A model generated the notes under the pieces. That model did not search any database and had not been told where the DNA came from. It saw only the letters and a list, made by a program, of their open reading frames with translations. From an uncultured Acidimicrobiia bacterium (GTDB taxonomy: Bacteria > Actinomycetota > Acidimicrobiia > Spongiisociales > UBA11373), in assembly GCA_964354255.1 (NCBI GenBank), contig CAYGYX010000001.1:38474-102473 (forward strand): 64,000 bases of DNA, in the 5' to 3' direction. How positions within the stretch are numbered: position 1 is the first letter of the stretch; every line of letters begins with the position of its first letter. The translations under genes and the position numbers were made by a program. Shown in pieces: positions 26,660-35,648 of this stretch.

Positions 26660-27643
26660 GTGCCCCTTCCTCGACCCGGCGACAGCGGCGAGGCGGTCCG
26701 CGACATCCAGGACCGCCTGGCCGCCCTCGGCTTTCCCTGCCATGCCGATCCCCCGGGCAGCTTCGGCCCCGCCACTACCCAGTCGGTAGAACGCTTCCAG
26801 GCCTCCCGCAATCTGCGCGTCGATGGAATCGTCGACCCGACCACCTGGAGGAATCTGGTAGATGCCGGGTTCCGGCCCGGCGACCGCCTCCTCTACTACC
26901 GCCTCCCGATGCTCCATGGCGAGGACGTTGCCTCCCTTCAACACGACCTCAACGCCCTCGGCTTCGACACCGGGACCATCGACGCCATCTTCGGCGCCGA
27001 CACTCTGCAGGCCGTGCTCGACTTCCAACAGAACCGCTACCTACCCGAGGACGGCATCGTCGGGCCCCAGTTTCTGGAGGAGCTGGCCCTCATGGTGCGG
27101 GCCACTCACAAGGCAGGCCGGGACGTCCTGCGCGAGCGGCAGTGGCTGCGAACCCTGCCCGCCGCGGTCGCCGGGCAGCGCATCTACCTCGACCCCTTCT
27201 CCCGCGACGACCACGAAGCAGCCCTCGCCTGGGAGGCGGCGTCGGCCGCGGCCGGTCTCGTCGCAGAGAGGGGCGGCCGGGCTCTTCTCTCCCGAAGTGC
27301 CGACACACGTCCCCCCGAGAGCCTGCGCGCCCGCCAGGCCAACGAGCTGGCGGTGGACATGGTGCTGTCCTTCTCTCTGCTCGGGGGTGATGTGGCCGGC
27401 GTCTACTACTTTCGCTCGACCCTCAGCCACAGCGAGGCTGGCGAGGCCCTGGCCGGCGCCCTGGCACCCCGCCTCGGCCTGCTGCCGGTAGGCCGGGTCA
27501 CCCCCATCCTGCAGGAGACCCGGGCACCGGCCGTCCTGGTGACCGTCCCCAGCTTGGGAGCCCGCCTGGGAAGAGCGGCCGTCGCCGGCCTGGATACCTG
27601 GCTGGCCTCGCGGGTGCCTCAGGAGCCGAACAGCACCCGGTAG
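26660..27643 (+). CDS. cwlM: N-acetylmuramoyl-L-alanine amidase-like protein with two PG_binding_1 domains (CwlM-like)
   Basis: GTG start. Two peptidoglycan-binding repeats (GDSGEAVRDIQDRLAALGF...; GEDVASLQHDLNALGFDTGTIDAIFGADTLQAVLDFQ) are followed by an Amidase_3-like domain. It occupies the position of cwlM between trxA and parB. Confidence 0.8.
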   Translation: MPLPRPGDSGEAVRDIQDRLAALGFPCHADPPGSFGPATTQSVERFQASRNLRVDGIVDPTTWRNLVDAGFRPGDRLLYYRLPMLHGEDVASLQHDLNALGFDTGTIDAIFGADTLQAVLDFQQNRYLPEDGIVGPQFLEELALMVRATHKAGRDVLRERQWLRTLPAAVAGQRIYLDPFSRDDHEAALAWEAASAAAGLVAERGGRALLSRSADTRPPESLRARQANELAVDMVLSFSLLGGDVAGVYYFRSTLSHSEAGEALAGALAPRLGLLPVGRVTPILQETRAPAVLVTVPSLGARLGRAAVAGLDTWLASRVPQEPNSTR

Positions 27644-28479
27644 ATCCGTTCGAGCTCTCCCAACGACCGGAAGCGAACCGTCACCTTCCCCCTGCCCCGC
27701 TTCCCGTAATCGATCGCGACGGGCGTCGCCAGCCGCTCTGCCAGCCGCTCTTCCAGGGCGAGGATCTCGGCAGGCCGCTCCCGCCGCACCGCCTTCACCG
27801 GCCGGCCCGAGCCCGCTTCTTCCCGGGCTCGCACCGCCTCCTCGACCCTCCGAACCGACCAACCCTCCGCCGCCGCCCGCCGGGCGATGTGGTCCAGGTA
27901 CCTCTCGTCCTCCAGTCCCACCAGCGCCCGGCAGTGCCCGGCGTTCAACTCGCCCCGCACCAGCATTCCCTGGATGGACGCCGGCAGCTGCAGCAGACGG
28001 AGGGTATTGGTAATCGAGGGCCGACTGCGGCCGACCCGAGCTCCGACCTCCTCGTGAGTCAACCCAAAATCTTCCAGGAGTTGTTTGTAGGCCGCGGCCT
28101 CCTCCAACGGGCCCAGGTCCTCCCGTTGCAGGTTCTCCACCAGCGCCTCGGCCAACCCGGACACCGCATCACCCTCACGTACGACGGCCGGGATCTCTTT
28201 CAGACCCGCCAGGCGCGCCGCTCGCCACCGGCGCTCGCCGGCCACCAGCACGAAAGTGCCCGACTCCTCCCCGGGCCGCACCACTACCGGCTGCAACACG
28301 CCCACTTCCCGGATCGAAGCGGCGAGAGCCTGCAGGCCCTCCACGGACATCGACCCTCGCGGCTGCTGGGGGTTGGGCTCAATGGCATCGAGCGGAATAG
28401 CCCGGTAGCCCTGGACCGCCGTATCGGCCGGAATGAGCGCCTCCAAGCCCCGGCCCAGCCCGGATTTACGAACGGCCAT
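27619..28479 (-). CDS. parB: chromosome partitioning protein ParB
   Basis: 286 aa. GLGRGLEALIP and the ParB box IEPNPQQPRGSMSVEGLQALAASIREVGVLQPVVVRP, followed by an HTH. Confidence 0.9.
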   Translation of the reverse strand: MAVRKSGLGRGLEALIPADTAVQGYRAIPLDAIEPNPQQPRGSMSVEGLQALAASIREVGVLQPVVVRPGEESGTFVLVAGERRWRAARLAGLKEIPAVVREGDAVSGLAEALVENLQREDLGPLEEAAAYKQLLEDFGLTHEEVGARVGRSRPSITNTLRLLQLPASIQGMLVRGELNAGHCRALVGLEDERYLDHIARRAAAEGWSVRRVEEAVRAREEAGSGRPVKAVRRERPAEILALEERLAERLATPVAIDYGKRGRGKVTVRFRSLGELERIYRVLFGS

Positions 28480-29293
28480 GTCTCCTCCTGAACTCAGCCG
28501 CCAGGTACCGATAGGCCAGGGCCCCCCGGCTCCCCCGATCGAACAGCTCTATCGGCTCCCCATAGGAGGGAGCCTCTGCCAGCCGTACGGTGCGCGGTAT
28601 CACCGTCTCATAGGCCACCTCCCCAAAGTGATCCCTCACCTGCGCAGCTACGTCGGCGGCCAGCTTGGTGCGTCCACTGTACATCGTGAGGACAACACCC
28701 TCTATCTTGAGCTGAGGATTAAGGTTGGCCTGTATCAACTCGATGTTACGCAGTAGTTGGCTCAGACCCTCCAGGGCGTAGTACTCGCATTGGATGGGGA
28801 TGAGAACCTCGCTCGCGGCCGTCAGTGCGTTCACCGTGATCAGCCCCAGGGATGGTGGGCAGTCGATGAGGACTGTGTCGTAGCGCTCCCGCACCCCCTC
28901 CAGCGCTCTCGCCAGGGCCCTTTCCCTGGCGAAGCGAGCCACCAATTCGATCTCCGCCCCGGCCAGGTCGATGGACGCCGGCGCAAGATAGAGATCCTTC
29001 ACCCTGGTCGGCTCCACGGTCTCCTGAATCGGCAGATCCGTGACCAGGGCCTCATAGACGCTGTGGGCGAAGTCACCCCGGGTGAACCCAAGCCCCGAGG
29101 TCGCATTGGCTTGCGGGTCGGTGTCGACAAGCAGCACTCGCTCGCCGCGCAGGGCGAGGGCGGCACCGAGGTTGATCGCCGTAGTTGATTTGCCGACCCC
29201 ACCCTTCTGGTTGGCAATCGCTACTATCACGCACGAAGTCCGGCGACGCTCACGCACTGCGCCGCATGATAAGCAGCCAGGCCGCAGCGTCAA
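28466..29293 (-). CDS. parA: chromosome partitioning ATPase ParA (Soj)
   Basis: Deviant Walker A IANQKGGVGKSTTAINLG. The ORF begins at TTG 29293 (GGAG SD) and overlaps the rsmG 3' end by 44 nt. Alternative GTG starts lie at 29257 or 29230. Confidence 0.85.
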   Translation of the reverse strand: MTLRPGCLSCGAVRERRRTSCVIVAIANQKGGVGKSTTAINLGAALALRGERVLLVDTDPQANATSGLGFTRGDFAHSVYEALVTDLPIQETVEPTRVKDLYLAPASIDLAGAEIELVARFARERALARALEGVRERYDTVLIDCPPSLGLITVNALTAASEVLIPIQCEYYALEGLSQLLRNIELIQANLNPQLKIEGVVLTMYSGRTKLAADVAAQVRDHFGEVAYETVIPRTVRLAEAPSYGEPIELFDRGSRGALAYRYLAAEFRRRHGRS

Positions 29294-29900
29294 GGATCTC
29301 CGACGGCACCTGCACCAACTCGGACTCGAGGCCCAGGGCTCGGGCTATGCCTATTAGGTCGGCCGTGCGCTCCGGCGGTTCCGTCCGCCGACTCAGGCCG
29401 AGGACGGCGGTACCGCCGGGCCGGAGCAGACGCGCCGCCAGGCCAACGACCGCCGGGGCTCCCAGGGCACCCCTCACCACTATGCCCTCCCACTCGTCGG
29501 CGACGGTGAGTGCGTCCCCTTGCGCTATGACCACGTTGGCGAGGCCGAGCACACCTACCACTCTATAGAGGAGTCGCACCCTCCTTCCCCCTCTGTCGAG
29601 CAGGGTCACCGTCGTATGGGGCCAGAGGATCGCCAACGGGATGCCCGGAAGCCCAACCCCGCTACCCACATCCAGGATCTCGCCCGGCGGATCATCGCGC
29701 CACGCCCCAGCGAAGAGAAGGGAATCGGCCAGGTGACGCGACCAGATGCGCCCTCCCTCACGAGGCCCCAGTCCCCCCGCCGGTATCGCCTCACCCCGTA
29801 GCCAATCCGCGTACTTGGCTAGGAGATCTGCCTGCTCGACAGACAGTTCTCGGCTCGCCCAGGCCGCCGCCCGCCGGGCCAACTCCGCGGACTCGTTCAC
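29250..29900 (-). CDS. rsmG: 16S rRNA (guanine527-N7)-methyltransferase RsmG (GidB)
   Basis: 216 aa. SAM motif ILDVGSGVGLPGIPLAI in the GidB family. It occupies the conserved position upstream of parA. Confidence 0.85.
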   Translation of the reverse strand: MNESAELARRAAAWASRELSVEQADLLAKYADWLRGEAIPAGGLGPREGGRIWSRHLADSLLFAGAWRDDPPGEILDVGSGVGLPGIPLAILWPHTTVTLLDRGGRRVRLLYRVVGVLGLANVVIAQGDALTVADEWEGIVVRGALGAPAVVGLAARLLRPGGTAVLGLSRRTEPPERTADLIGIARALGLESELVQVPSEILDAAAWLLIMRRSA

Positions 29901-29977
29901 CTAGTCCCCGTCAGTAGCCAAAGTTCCACGTGAAACCAAACGCGATCGTTGCCACCCTGCGCTCTGCCTTTGGGCCC

Positions 29978-30898
29978 CTACGAGCCCTCCTCGGCGCGCG
30001 CTATCACCACCGATCGGCCGGGGTCCTCGCCTTCCGAGGAGCTCCGTACCCCGACGATCTCGGCGACAGCGTCATGGACCACTTTCCGATCGGCTGCATT
30101 CATGGGCTCGAGCATGACCTCTCCCCCCTCCTCCAGGACCCTGGCCGCCAACCGGCCGGCATAGATGCGAAGGGCCTCACGGCGACGCTCCACATAGCCC
30201 CCGATGTCGAGCCGCAGCCTGGCCCCCGCCTGGCTCTGGCGGTGAACCATCGTCCGACACAGCTCCAAGACGGCATCCAGGATGGCCCCCTTCGGCCCGA
30301 TCAGCGCTTCAGTCTGATCGCCCGCCACATTGGCATAGATGATGTCCCCGTCGACCCGGGTCGTCACCTCACCCTCCAACCCAAAGGCCCCCAACAAGCC
30401 AATGAGGAACCCTCGCACTATCTCCGCCTGCTCTTCGACCGCGACGGAGGGCGGCTCGACTTCGCCCGGTCCTGCCATAGCCGCCACACTCCCTTCCTCT
30501 CGCGACACCGCCCGCTGACGACGCTCCTGGGCTTCGGGCCTTCCCCTCGTCGGCCTACCGCCCCGCCCCTCTTCTCTTCCTCCGTGTCGTTCCTGGGCTC
30601 GACCCCGGCTCCTGGCACCGCCCGCCGGCTGGGCCTGCTGAGATCGACCCCTGGCTGGGGCAGCCACCCCCTCACTCCCTCCCCCATGAGACCGGCGATG
30701 CCGGCGCCGACGCTTAGGGTGAGGCTTAATCCGAACCAGGGCATCCTGCCCGCCGATCCCGAAGAACCCTCGCTGCGGCTGCTGCAGGACCTCTATCTCC
30801 GCGGCCTCAGGCGAATCCAACCCGAGTTCCTGCAGGCCGAGAGTCACCGCCTCATCCACCGTCCTACCCCTCACTTCCACCCACTCCATGGCCGTCAT
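29978..30898 (-). CDS. jag: Jag/KhpB-like RNA-binding protein (Jag_N, KH and R3H domains)
   Basis: M222 of ORF 29978..31561. MTAMEWVEVRGRTVDEAVTLGLQELG is the Jag N-terminal domain. An R/G-rich linker follows, then KH (IVRGFLIGLLGAF) and R3H (MLEPMNAADRKVVHDAVAEIVGVRSSSEGEDPGRSVVIARA). The ATG overlaps the yidC stop (ATGA). Confidence 0.8.
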   Translation of the reverse strand: MTAMEWVEVRGRTVDEAVTLGLQELGLDSPEAAEIEVLQQPQRGFFGIGGQDALVRIKPHPKRRRRHRRSHGGGSEGVAAPARGRSQQAQPAGGARSRGRAQERHGGREEGRGGRPTRGRPEAQERRQRAVSREEGSVAAMAGPGEVEPPSVAVEEQAEIVRGFLIGLLGAFGLEGEVTTRVDGDIIYANVAGDQTEALIGPKGAILDAVLELCRTMVHRQSQAGARLRLDIGGYVERRREALRIYAGRLAARVLEEGGEVMLEPMNAADRKVVHDAVAEIVGVRSSSEGEDPGRSVVIARAEEGS

Positions 30899-31842
30899 CT
30901 CCTTCTGCGCTTCTTGCCGCGCTGCTGCGAGGCTTGCGGGCTCCTGGTAGACCCGCCCGCACCCCCTGCCTTGGGTTGTGGCTTCTGCGTACCACTCGGC
31001 CGGGCCGGACGCGGCTCCGGTTTCGTCTCCGTCTCGGCCAATGGAACGACCGCCTCCACGGGGGCTGCTGTCTTCACCCGATGCCGGCGGTCGAGCCACA
31101 AGATGAGAGACTGCTGGCCGATCCGGAAGATGTTGCTCGCCGCAAAGTACACAACGAGACCGGCCGGCAGAGTGAACGATATGAAACCAAAGAAAACTGG
31201 AAAAATCTTCAAGATGGCTTGTCCCGGCTGTTGCGGCACCGGCTGGCCATCCTTCGGCTTGGTCATCGTCTGCGCCTGCTGGTACCAGGCCGTCCCCATG
31301 ACCACCAGCACCGTGACCGCGTACGGAATGAAGGCGATCCACCCGCCGTCGAAGGCAGTACGGGGTGTCGTCCCCAGGTCCATCCACAGGAAGTTCTTCC
31401 AGGGCACTCCCTGCTGCACGCCGAGGGCGGTGATGTCGGCCTGCAGTCGGCTGCCGGCCAGCACGAACCTGGCCGCCTCTTCGACGCTCGGCAGGGCAAA
31501 GGACCGCAGCACCTGATAGAGGGCGAACCAGATAGGCATCTGCAACAGCAAGGGCAGACACCCGGCGGCGGGGTTCACCCCCCGCTCCTTGTACAGCGCC
31601 ATAGTTGCCTGCTGCAGCGCCGGCTTGTCTCCCGCGTGCTCCTTCTGCAGTCGCTTCAACTCGGGCTGTAGTTGCTGCATCGCCTTCATCGAGCGGGTCT
31701 GCTTCAGCGTGAGGGGGAACAACAGCACGCCCACCGCGACGGTCAACAGGATGATTGCCACCCCGAGGTTGGGGATGAGCCCGTAGAAGACCGAGACGAC
31801 TGCCCCGAGGAATCCCCTAATCGCGTCCCAGATGTCCCCCAT
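30895..31842 (-). CDS. yidC: membrane protein insertase YidC (short actinobacterial form)
   Basis: 315 aa. GCLPLLLQMPIWFALYQVL is the YidC/Oxa1 core. Multi-TM protein with a basic C-tail. Confidence 0.9.
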   Translation of the reverse strand: MGDIWDAIRGFLGAVVSVFYGLIPNLGVAIILLTVAVGVLLFPLTLKQTRSMKAMQQLQPELKRLQKEHAGDKPALQQATMALYKERGVNPAAGCLPLLLQMPIWFALYQVLRSFALPSVEEAARFVLAGSRLQADITALGVQQGVPWKNFLWMDLGTTPRTAFDGGWIAFIPYAVTVLVVMGTAWYQQAQTMTKPKDGQPVPQQPGQAILKIFPVFFGFISFTLPAGLVVYFAASNIFRIGQQSLILWLDRRHRVKTAAPVEAVVPLAETETKPEPRPARPSGTQKPQPKAGGAGGSTRSPQASQQRGKKRRRR

Positions 31843-31845
31843 GCC

Positions 31846-32100
31846 CTACCCCACCTTCCTGGGCACGGGGTCGTACCCGCCGGCGTGGAACGGGTGGCAC
31901 CGAGCCAGACGGCGGGCCGCCAGCCAGAGCCCTACGCCCGCCCCGTGCTCGCCCACGGCCTCATAGGCATACTCAGAACAGGTGGGTAGGTAGCGGCACC
32001 GGGTGCCGAGGAGGGGAGAGATCATCCACCGGTAGCCCAGCAGCAGCCGCTGCAACCACCAGCCCGGCCGAGGCCACTTCGCTGCCGTCAACTGCTCCAC
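31846..32100 (-). CDS. yidD: membrane protein insertion efficiency factor YidD
   Basis: 84 aa: [58 protein letters not shown], which matches the YidD family signature. Confidence 0.85.
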   Translation of the reverse strand: MEQLTAAKWPRPGWWLQRLLLGYRWMISPLLGTRCRYLPTCSEYAYEAVGEHGAGVGLWLAARRLARCHPFHAGGYDPVPRKVG

Positions 32101-32459
32101 GTCTCGCTCACCTGCTCTTCTACCGCCCGGATGACCCAGGCCACTACATCCGGGAAGGGCACTTCCAGGACCTCCCTGCCCGCGATGACCACATAGTCAC
32201 GGTCGCCGCGCAACGGCGCCCGGGCCAGGGCCTCCCGAAGCCGGCGCTTCGCCCGGTTGCGCTCGACCGCCCCACCCACCAAGTGCCCCGCCACAATCCC
32301 CACCAAAGGAGACTCCGCGCCTCCTGCCGCCACCACCACCGTCACGCCGCCGGCTCGCTTCCGCACGCCGGCCCGGCGGACTCGTCGGAACTCCGATGCC
32401 CCTCGCAGCGAACGGAATGAGCGCCCCCTACGCCGACAACCGCTGCCGGCCCTTGGCAC
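32088..32459 (-). CDS. rnpA: ribonuclease P protein component
   Basis: [27 protein letters not shown]...[13 protein letters not shown] matches the RnpA RNR motif. The start is uncertain: a GTG at 32459 overlaps rpmH by ~30 nt. The ORF-track ATG at 32516 lies deep inside rpmH. Confidence 0.7.
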   Translation of the reverse strand: MPRAGSGCRRRGRSFRSLRGASEFRRVRRAGVRKRAGGVTVVVAAGGAESPLVGIVAGHLVGGAVERNRAKRRLREALARAPLRGDRDYVVIAGREVLEVPFPDVVAWVIRAVEEQVSETWSS

Positions 32460-32562
32460 GGCGCCTATGGAGCAGGGCTCGCCCGCCCCGGGTGCGCATG
32501 CGGGTTCGGAAGCCATGCTTCCTCTTGCGACGACGAACGTTCGGCTGGAAAGGGCGCTTCAT
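32428..32562 (-). CDS. rpmH: 50S ribosomal protein L34
   Basis: Not in the ORF track because it is only 44 aa. Reverse translation gives [44 protein letters not shown], a near-consensus L34. Confidence 0.9.
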   Translation of the reverse strand: MKRPFQPNVRRRKRKHGFRTRMRTRGGRALLHRRRAKGRQRLSA

Positions 32563-32997
32563 GAGAGGGGTCCCCGGGAAGAGAGGTTGCGGTCGGGCCG
32601 ACAGGTTACGGAGGGATCATCCCCTTTGTCAAAGGTGAAACCGGCGCGTGCCCGCCCCGCAGGTGTCGCGAAACATTGGCTACGCGCTCACGGCTCTCCC
32701 GCCGCCGCGGGAGCTCTCTCTCCCCACGCGGATTGCTCTTATGCCACAACACCTTTTCCGTGCCCTACCTATGGCCGATAATGGGGTACCGCGCATTTTG
32801 TCGTTCTTGTCGGCGCCTCCCGCCTGTCCATATACTCCGCTGCTGCCGGACGGTCCGGCATCACTTCCCTCGAGTCGGGCCACCCATGACGCGACGGGTG
32901 GACGGAGGCAGCGACACCCCAGGTGCACCCTTCTCCACAGTTGTGGATAGGCCTGTGGAGAAGCCCGGCAAGGCCGCGGGGCGCACGGAGGACGCAG
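32563..32997. promoter_or_regulatory. dnaA promoter / upstream DnaA-box cluster in a lower-GC intergenic region
   Basis: This ~430-bp non-coding stretch is visibly less GC-rich than its surroundings. It contains DnaA-box-like 9-mers, for example TTGTGGATA and TGTGGAGAA at ~32941-32963, plus TTGTCGTTC, TTGTCGGCG and TGTCCATAT. A GGAGGA SD precedes the dnaA GTG. Confidence 0.5.
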
Positions 32998-34371
32998 GTG
33001 GAGGCACATTCCCCCGCTGATTGGGAGCAGTTTCGTCGGACCCTGCGCGGGCGCGTCACTCCGGTCACTTGGCAGACCTGGCTGGAAGGCCTCGAGCCCT
33101 ATACGATCGAGGGCGGTGTGGTCAGCCTGCTGGCCCCCAGCGAGTTTCACCTCCGCTGGGTGAACGACAAGTTCCGTCCGATCGTGGAAGACGCGGTCAG
33201 TTCGGTATTCGGCCCGGAGACCCGCCTGATCCTGGATGCTCGCCCCGCTCCGCTCTTCCCCGAAACGGACGACGCCGACGAGGAGGCCGAGCCGGAGGAG
33301 GAGCTGGCTACCTCACCTCACTCCTTGCCTCTCTCTCCGCCACTTACCGCTGGACTCGTCGCCAAGTACAACTTCGAGAACTTCATCGTTGGCCCCTCTA
33401 ACCGCTTTGCCCACGCCGCCGCTCTCGCCATCGCCGAACAGCCGGGTGGCCAGTACAACCCCCTGTTCATCTACGCCGGTGCCGGCCTGGGCAAGACCCA
33501 TCTACTGCAGGCCATTGCCCGCCACGTCCTGGAGTTGCACCCCGGCCTGGCAGTGCACTACACGACGTCCGAGGCGTTCTTCAACGACTTCATCGACGGC
33601 ATCCGCCGCAAGCGCATGGATGAGTTCAAGGCTCGCTACCGCGGAGTCGATGTGCTCCTGCTCGATGATGTCCAATTCTTGGAAGGGAAAGAGCAGCTCC
33701 TCGAGGAATTCTTCCACACGTTCAACGCCCTGCACGAGCACGGCAAGCAGTTGGTGTTCAGCTGCGACCGCCCACCGCGCAGCCTGATCACTCTCGAGGA
33801 TCGGCTGCGTAGCCGATTCGACTGGGGCCTGACCACCGACATCCAGCCGCCCGATGTCGAAACTCGGTTGGCGATCTTGCGCAAGAACGCGGCCTTTGCT
33901 CCTTGCCCTATCCCGCCAGCCGTCCTGCAGTTCATCGCCGAGCGGGTTGTCGACAACGTCCGTGAGCTCGAAGGGGCACTGACTCGCGTAACCGCGTACG
34001 CTGCGCTGACTCATCAGAGCATCGACCTGGACATGGCAGCCGACGTGCTGCAGGACTTGGGTCCCAGTGCTCTCACCTTGCCCATCACTCCCGGGCGGAT
34101 TCTGAGCGCTACGGCTGCGGCCTTCGACGTGACGGTAACTGAGTTGGAGAGCCCAAGCCGACGCCAGCCGCTGGCTCGAGCTCGTCAGGTCGCCATGTAC
34201 CTGTGTAGGCAGCTGACCGACCTCTCTCTACCCAAGATCGGCCTGTTGTTTGGGAGCCGAGACCACACCACAGTGCTGCACGGCGTGAACACGGTGCACC
34301 GGCTCATCCAGACGGACCGCTCCTTGTTCGACCAGGTCACCGCCCTTCTCCAAAGCCTGCGTACCCCATGA
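32998..34371 (+). CDS. dnaA: chromosomal replication initiator protein DnaA
   Basis: V26 (GTG) of ORF 32923..34371 with a GGAGGA SD. N-terminus WEQFRRTLRGRVTPVTWQTWL. The AAA+ Walker A is GAGLGKTHLLQAIA, followed by sensor motifs and the C-terminal DNA-binding domain LPKIGLLFGSRDHTTVLHGV. Confidence 0.9.
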   Translation: MEAHSPADWEQFRRTLRGRVTPVTWQTWLEGLEPYTIEGGVVSLLAPSEFHLRWVNDKFRPIVEDAVSSVFGPETRLILDARPAPLFPETDDADEEAEPEEELATSPHSLPLSPPLTAGLVAKYNFENFIVGPSNRFAHAAALAIAEQPGGQYNPLFIYAGAGLGKTHLLQAIARHVLELHPGLAVHYTTSEAFFNDFIDGIRRKRMDEFKARYRGVDVLLLDDVQFLEGKEQLLEEFFHTFNALHEHGKQLVFSCDRPPRSLITLEDRLRSRFDWGLTTDIQPPDVETRLAILRKNAAFAPCPIPPAVLQFIAERVVDNVRELEGALTRVTAYAALTHQSIDLDMAADVLQDLGPSALTLPITPGRILSATAAAFDVTVTELESPSRRQPLARARQVAMYLCRQLTDLSLPKIGLLFGSRDHTTVLHGVNTVHRLIQTDRSLFDQVTALLQSLRTP

Positions 34372-34561
34372 GGTTCTTGTCCCCAGCCGTCCCCCGGCCG
34401 CCGTGCCCCCCTGTGCACGCCGCCGGTTGTTGTTCACCGTCCTGGAGACCCACCCCCTGCCTACACGCTGCGGAAATCCCTGCTTCTCCCCAATCCCCAA
34501 GCCCTGCTACTACCACTAGGGTTCTTCTTAAGAAGAGTAATCAGAGCAGAAGGATCTCCCT
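34372..34561. other. candidate oriC core (dnaA-dnaN intergenic region)
   Basis: DnaA-box-like motifs are TTGTCCCCA (~34377), TGTGCACGC, TTGTTCACC and TGCGGATAA overlapping the dnaN GTG. An AT-rich palindromic island GGGTTCTTCTTAAGAAGAGTAATCAGAGCAGAAGGATC (~34518-34555) is a plausible DNA-unwinding element. In Actinobacteria oriC lies between dnaA and dnaN. Confidence 0.5.
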
Positions 34562-35641
34562 GTGCGGATAAGAGCCGAGCGCGATGATCTCGTAGATGTC
34601 CTGAGCCGAGCGGCCCGCGCGGTTAGCCAGCGCGCGCCCCTGCCGATTCTGCAGGGGCTCCTGGTGACGGTGACGGGGTCGACCCTACGGGTGACCGGGA
34701 CCGACCTCGATATGACGGTGCGAACAAAACTCGAGGTGGAGGTACTTGAGGAAGGGAGGACTGTGGTCCCGGGCCGGCTGATCACAGAGGCCGCGCGCAA
34801 GTTGCCGCCTGGGGCTGTCGTCCTGGCAGCCGCGGACGGAGAGGTTGAGCTGAGTGGAGGAGGGCCCCGTTTCCGGTTCAGGGAACTTGTAGTGGAGGAT
34901 TTCCCAGCAGCAGCTGAACCAGTGCTAAAGGATGCCGTTGAGATCGACGGCGACGACTTTCTGGCCGCGCTGGCCCAGGTGGTGGTAGCCGCCTCACACG
35001 ACGATGCCCGGCCGGTCCTGACGGGGGTGTACTTCGAGTCGACTGAAGGGACCCTCCGGCTGGTTGCCACGGATTCCTATCGGCTGGCCCTGTGCGACCT
35101 GCCGGCAGTCCGGTCGGCCATGACGGGGCTGGTGCCGGTGCGCGCTCTGCGAGAGCTTGCTCGCACGGTTGGCGCCAAGAAGATGCAGATAGCCATAGGG
35201 AGCCGTGAAGCCTCGTTTGGGTCGAATCGAGGAACCCTCACCGTGCGGCTTATTGAGGGGAGTTTCCCCAACTACCGCCAGCTGCTTCCCACCACCTACC
35301 CCAATCGGCTCGTGGTGGCGCGAGACGCCCTGCTACAGGCGATCGACCGTGCCTCACTGGTGGCCGAGGACCACATCCCCATCCGCCTTCAACTCGAGGC
35401 CAGTGGTGTGGAACTGAGCGTGAGCCGCCAGGATGTCGGCGGGGAGACGGAACACGTGGCAGCCGAGTACCAAGGCGAGGAGATGACGATCGCCTTCAAT
35501 AGCCGGTACTTGAACGATGGAGTGGCTGCCGTCGAGGAGGAGCAGGTGGTACTCGACGTGGTCGATCCACTCAAGCCGGGGGTGGTGCGGGGAGCGGAAG
35601 GGGACGACTACCTCTACCTGCTCATGCCCGTCCGCCTCTAG
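34562..35641 (+). CDS. dnaN: DNA polymerase III beta sliding clamp
   Basis: 359 aa, GTG start. The three-domain clamp is typical (MRIRAERDDLVDVLSRAARAVS...LQGLLVTVTGSTLRVTGTDLDM...). It ends ...GDDYLYLLMPVRL. Confidence 0.9.
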   Translation: MRIRAERDDLVDVLSRAARAVSQRAPLPILQGLLVTVTGSTLRVTGTDLDMTVRTKLEVEVLEEGRTVVPGRLITEAARKLPPGAVVLAAADGEVELSGGGPRFRFRELVVEDFPAAAEPVLKDAVEIDGDDFLAALAQVVVAASHDDARPVLTGVYFESTEGTLRLVATDSYRLALCDLPAVRSAMTGLVPVRALRELARTVGAKKMQIAIGSREASFGSNRGTLTVRLIEGSFPNYRQLLPTTYPNRLVVARDALLQAIDRASLVAEDHIPIRLQLEASGVELSVSRQDVGGETEHVAAEYQGEEMTIAFNSRYLNDGVAAVEEEQVVLDVVDPLKPGVVRGAEGDDYLYLLMPVRL

Positions 35642-35648
35642 GCCGTCG

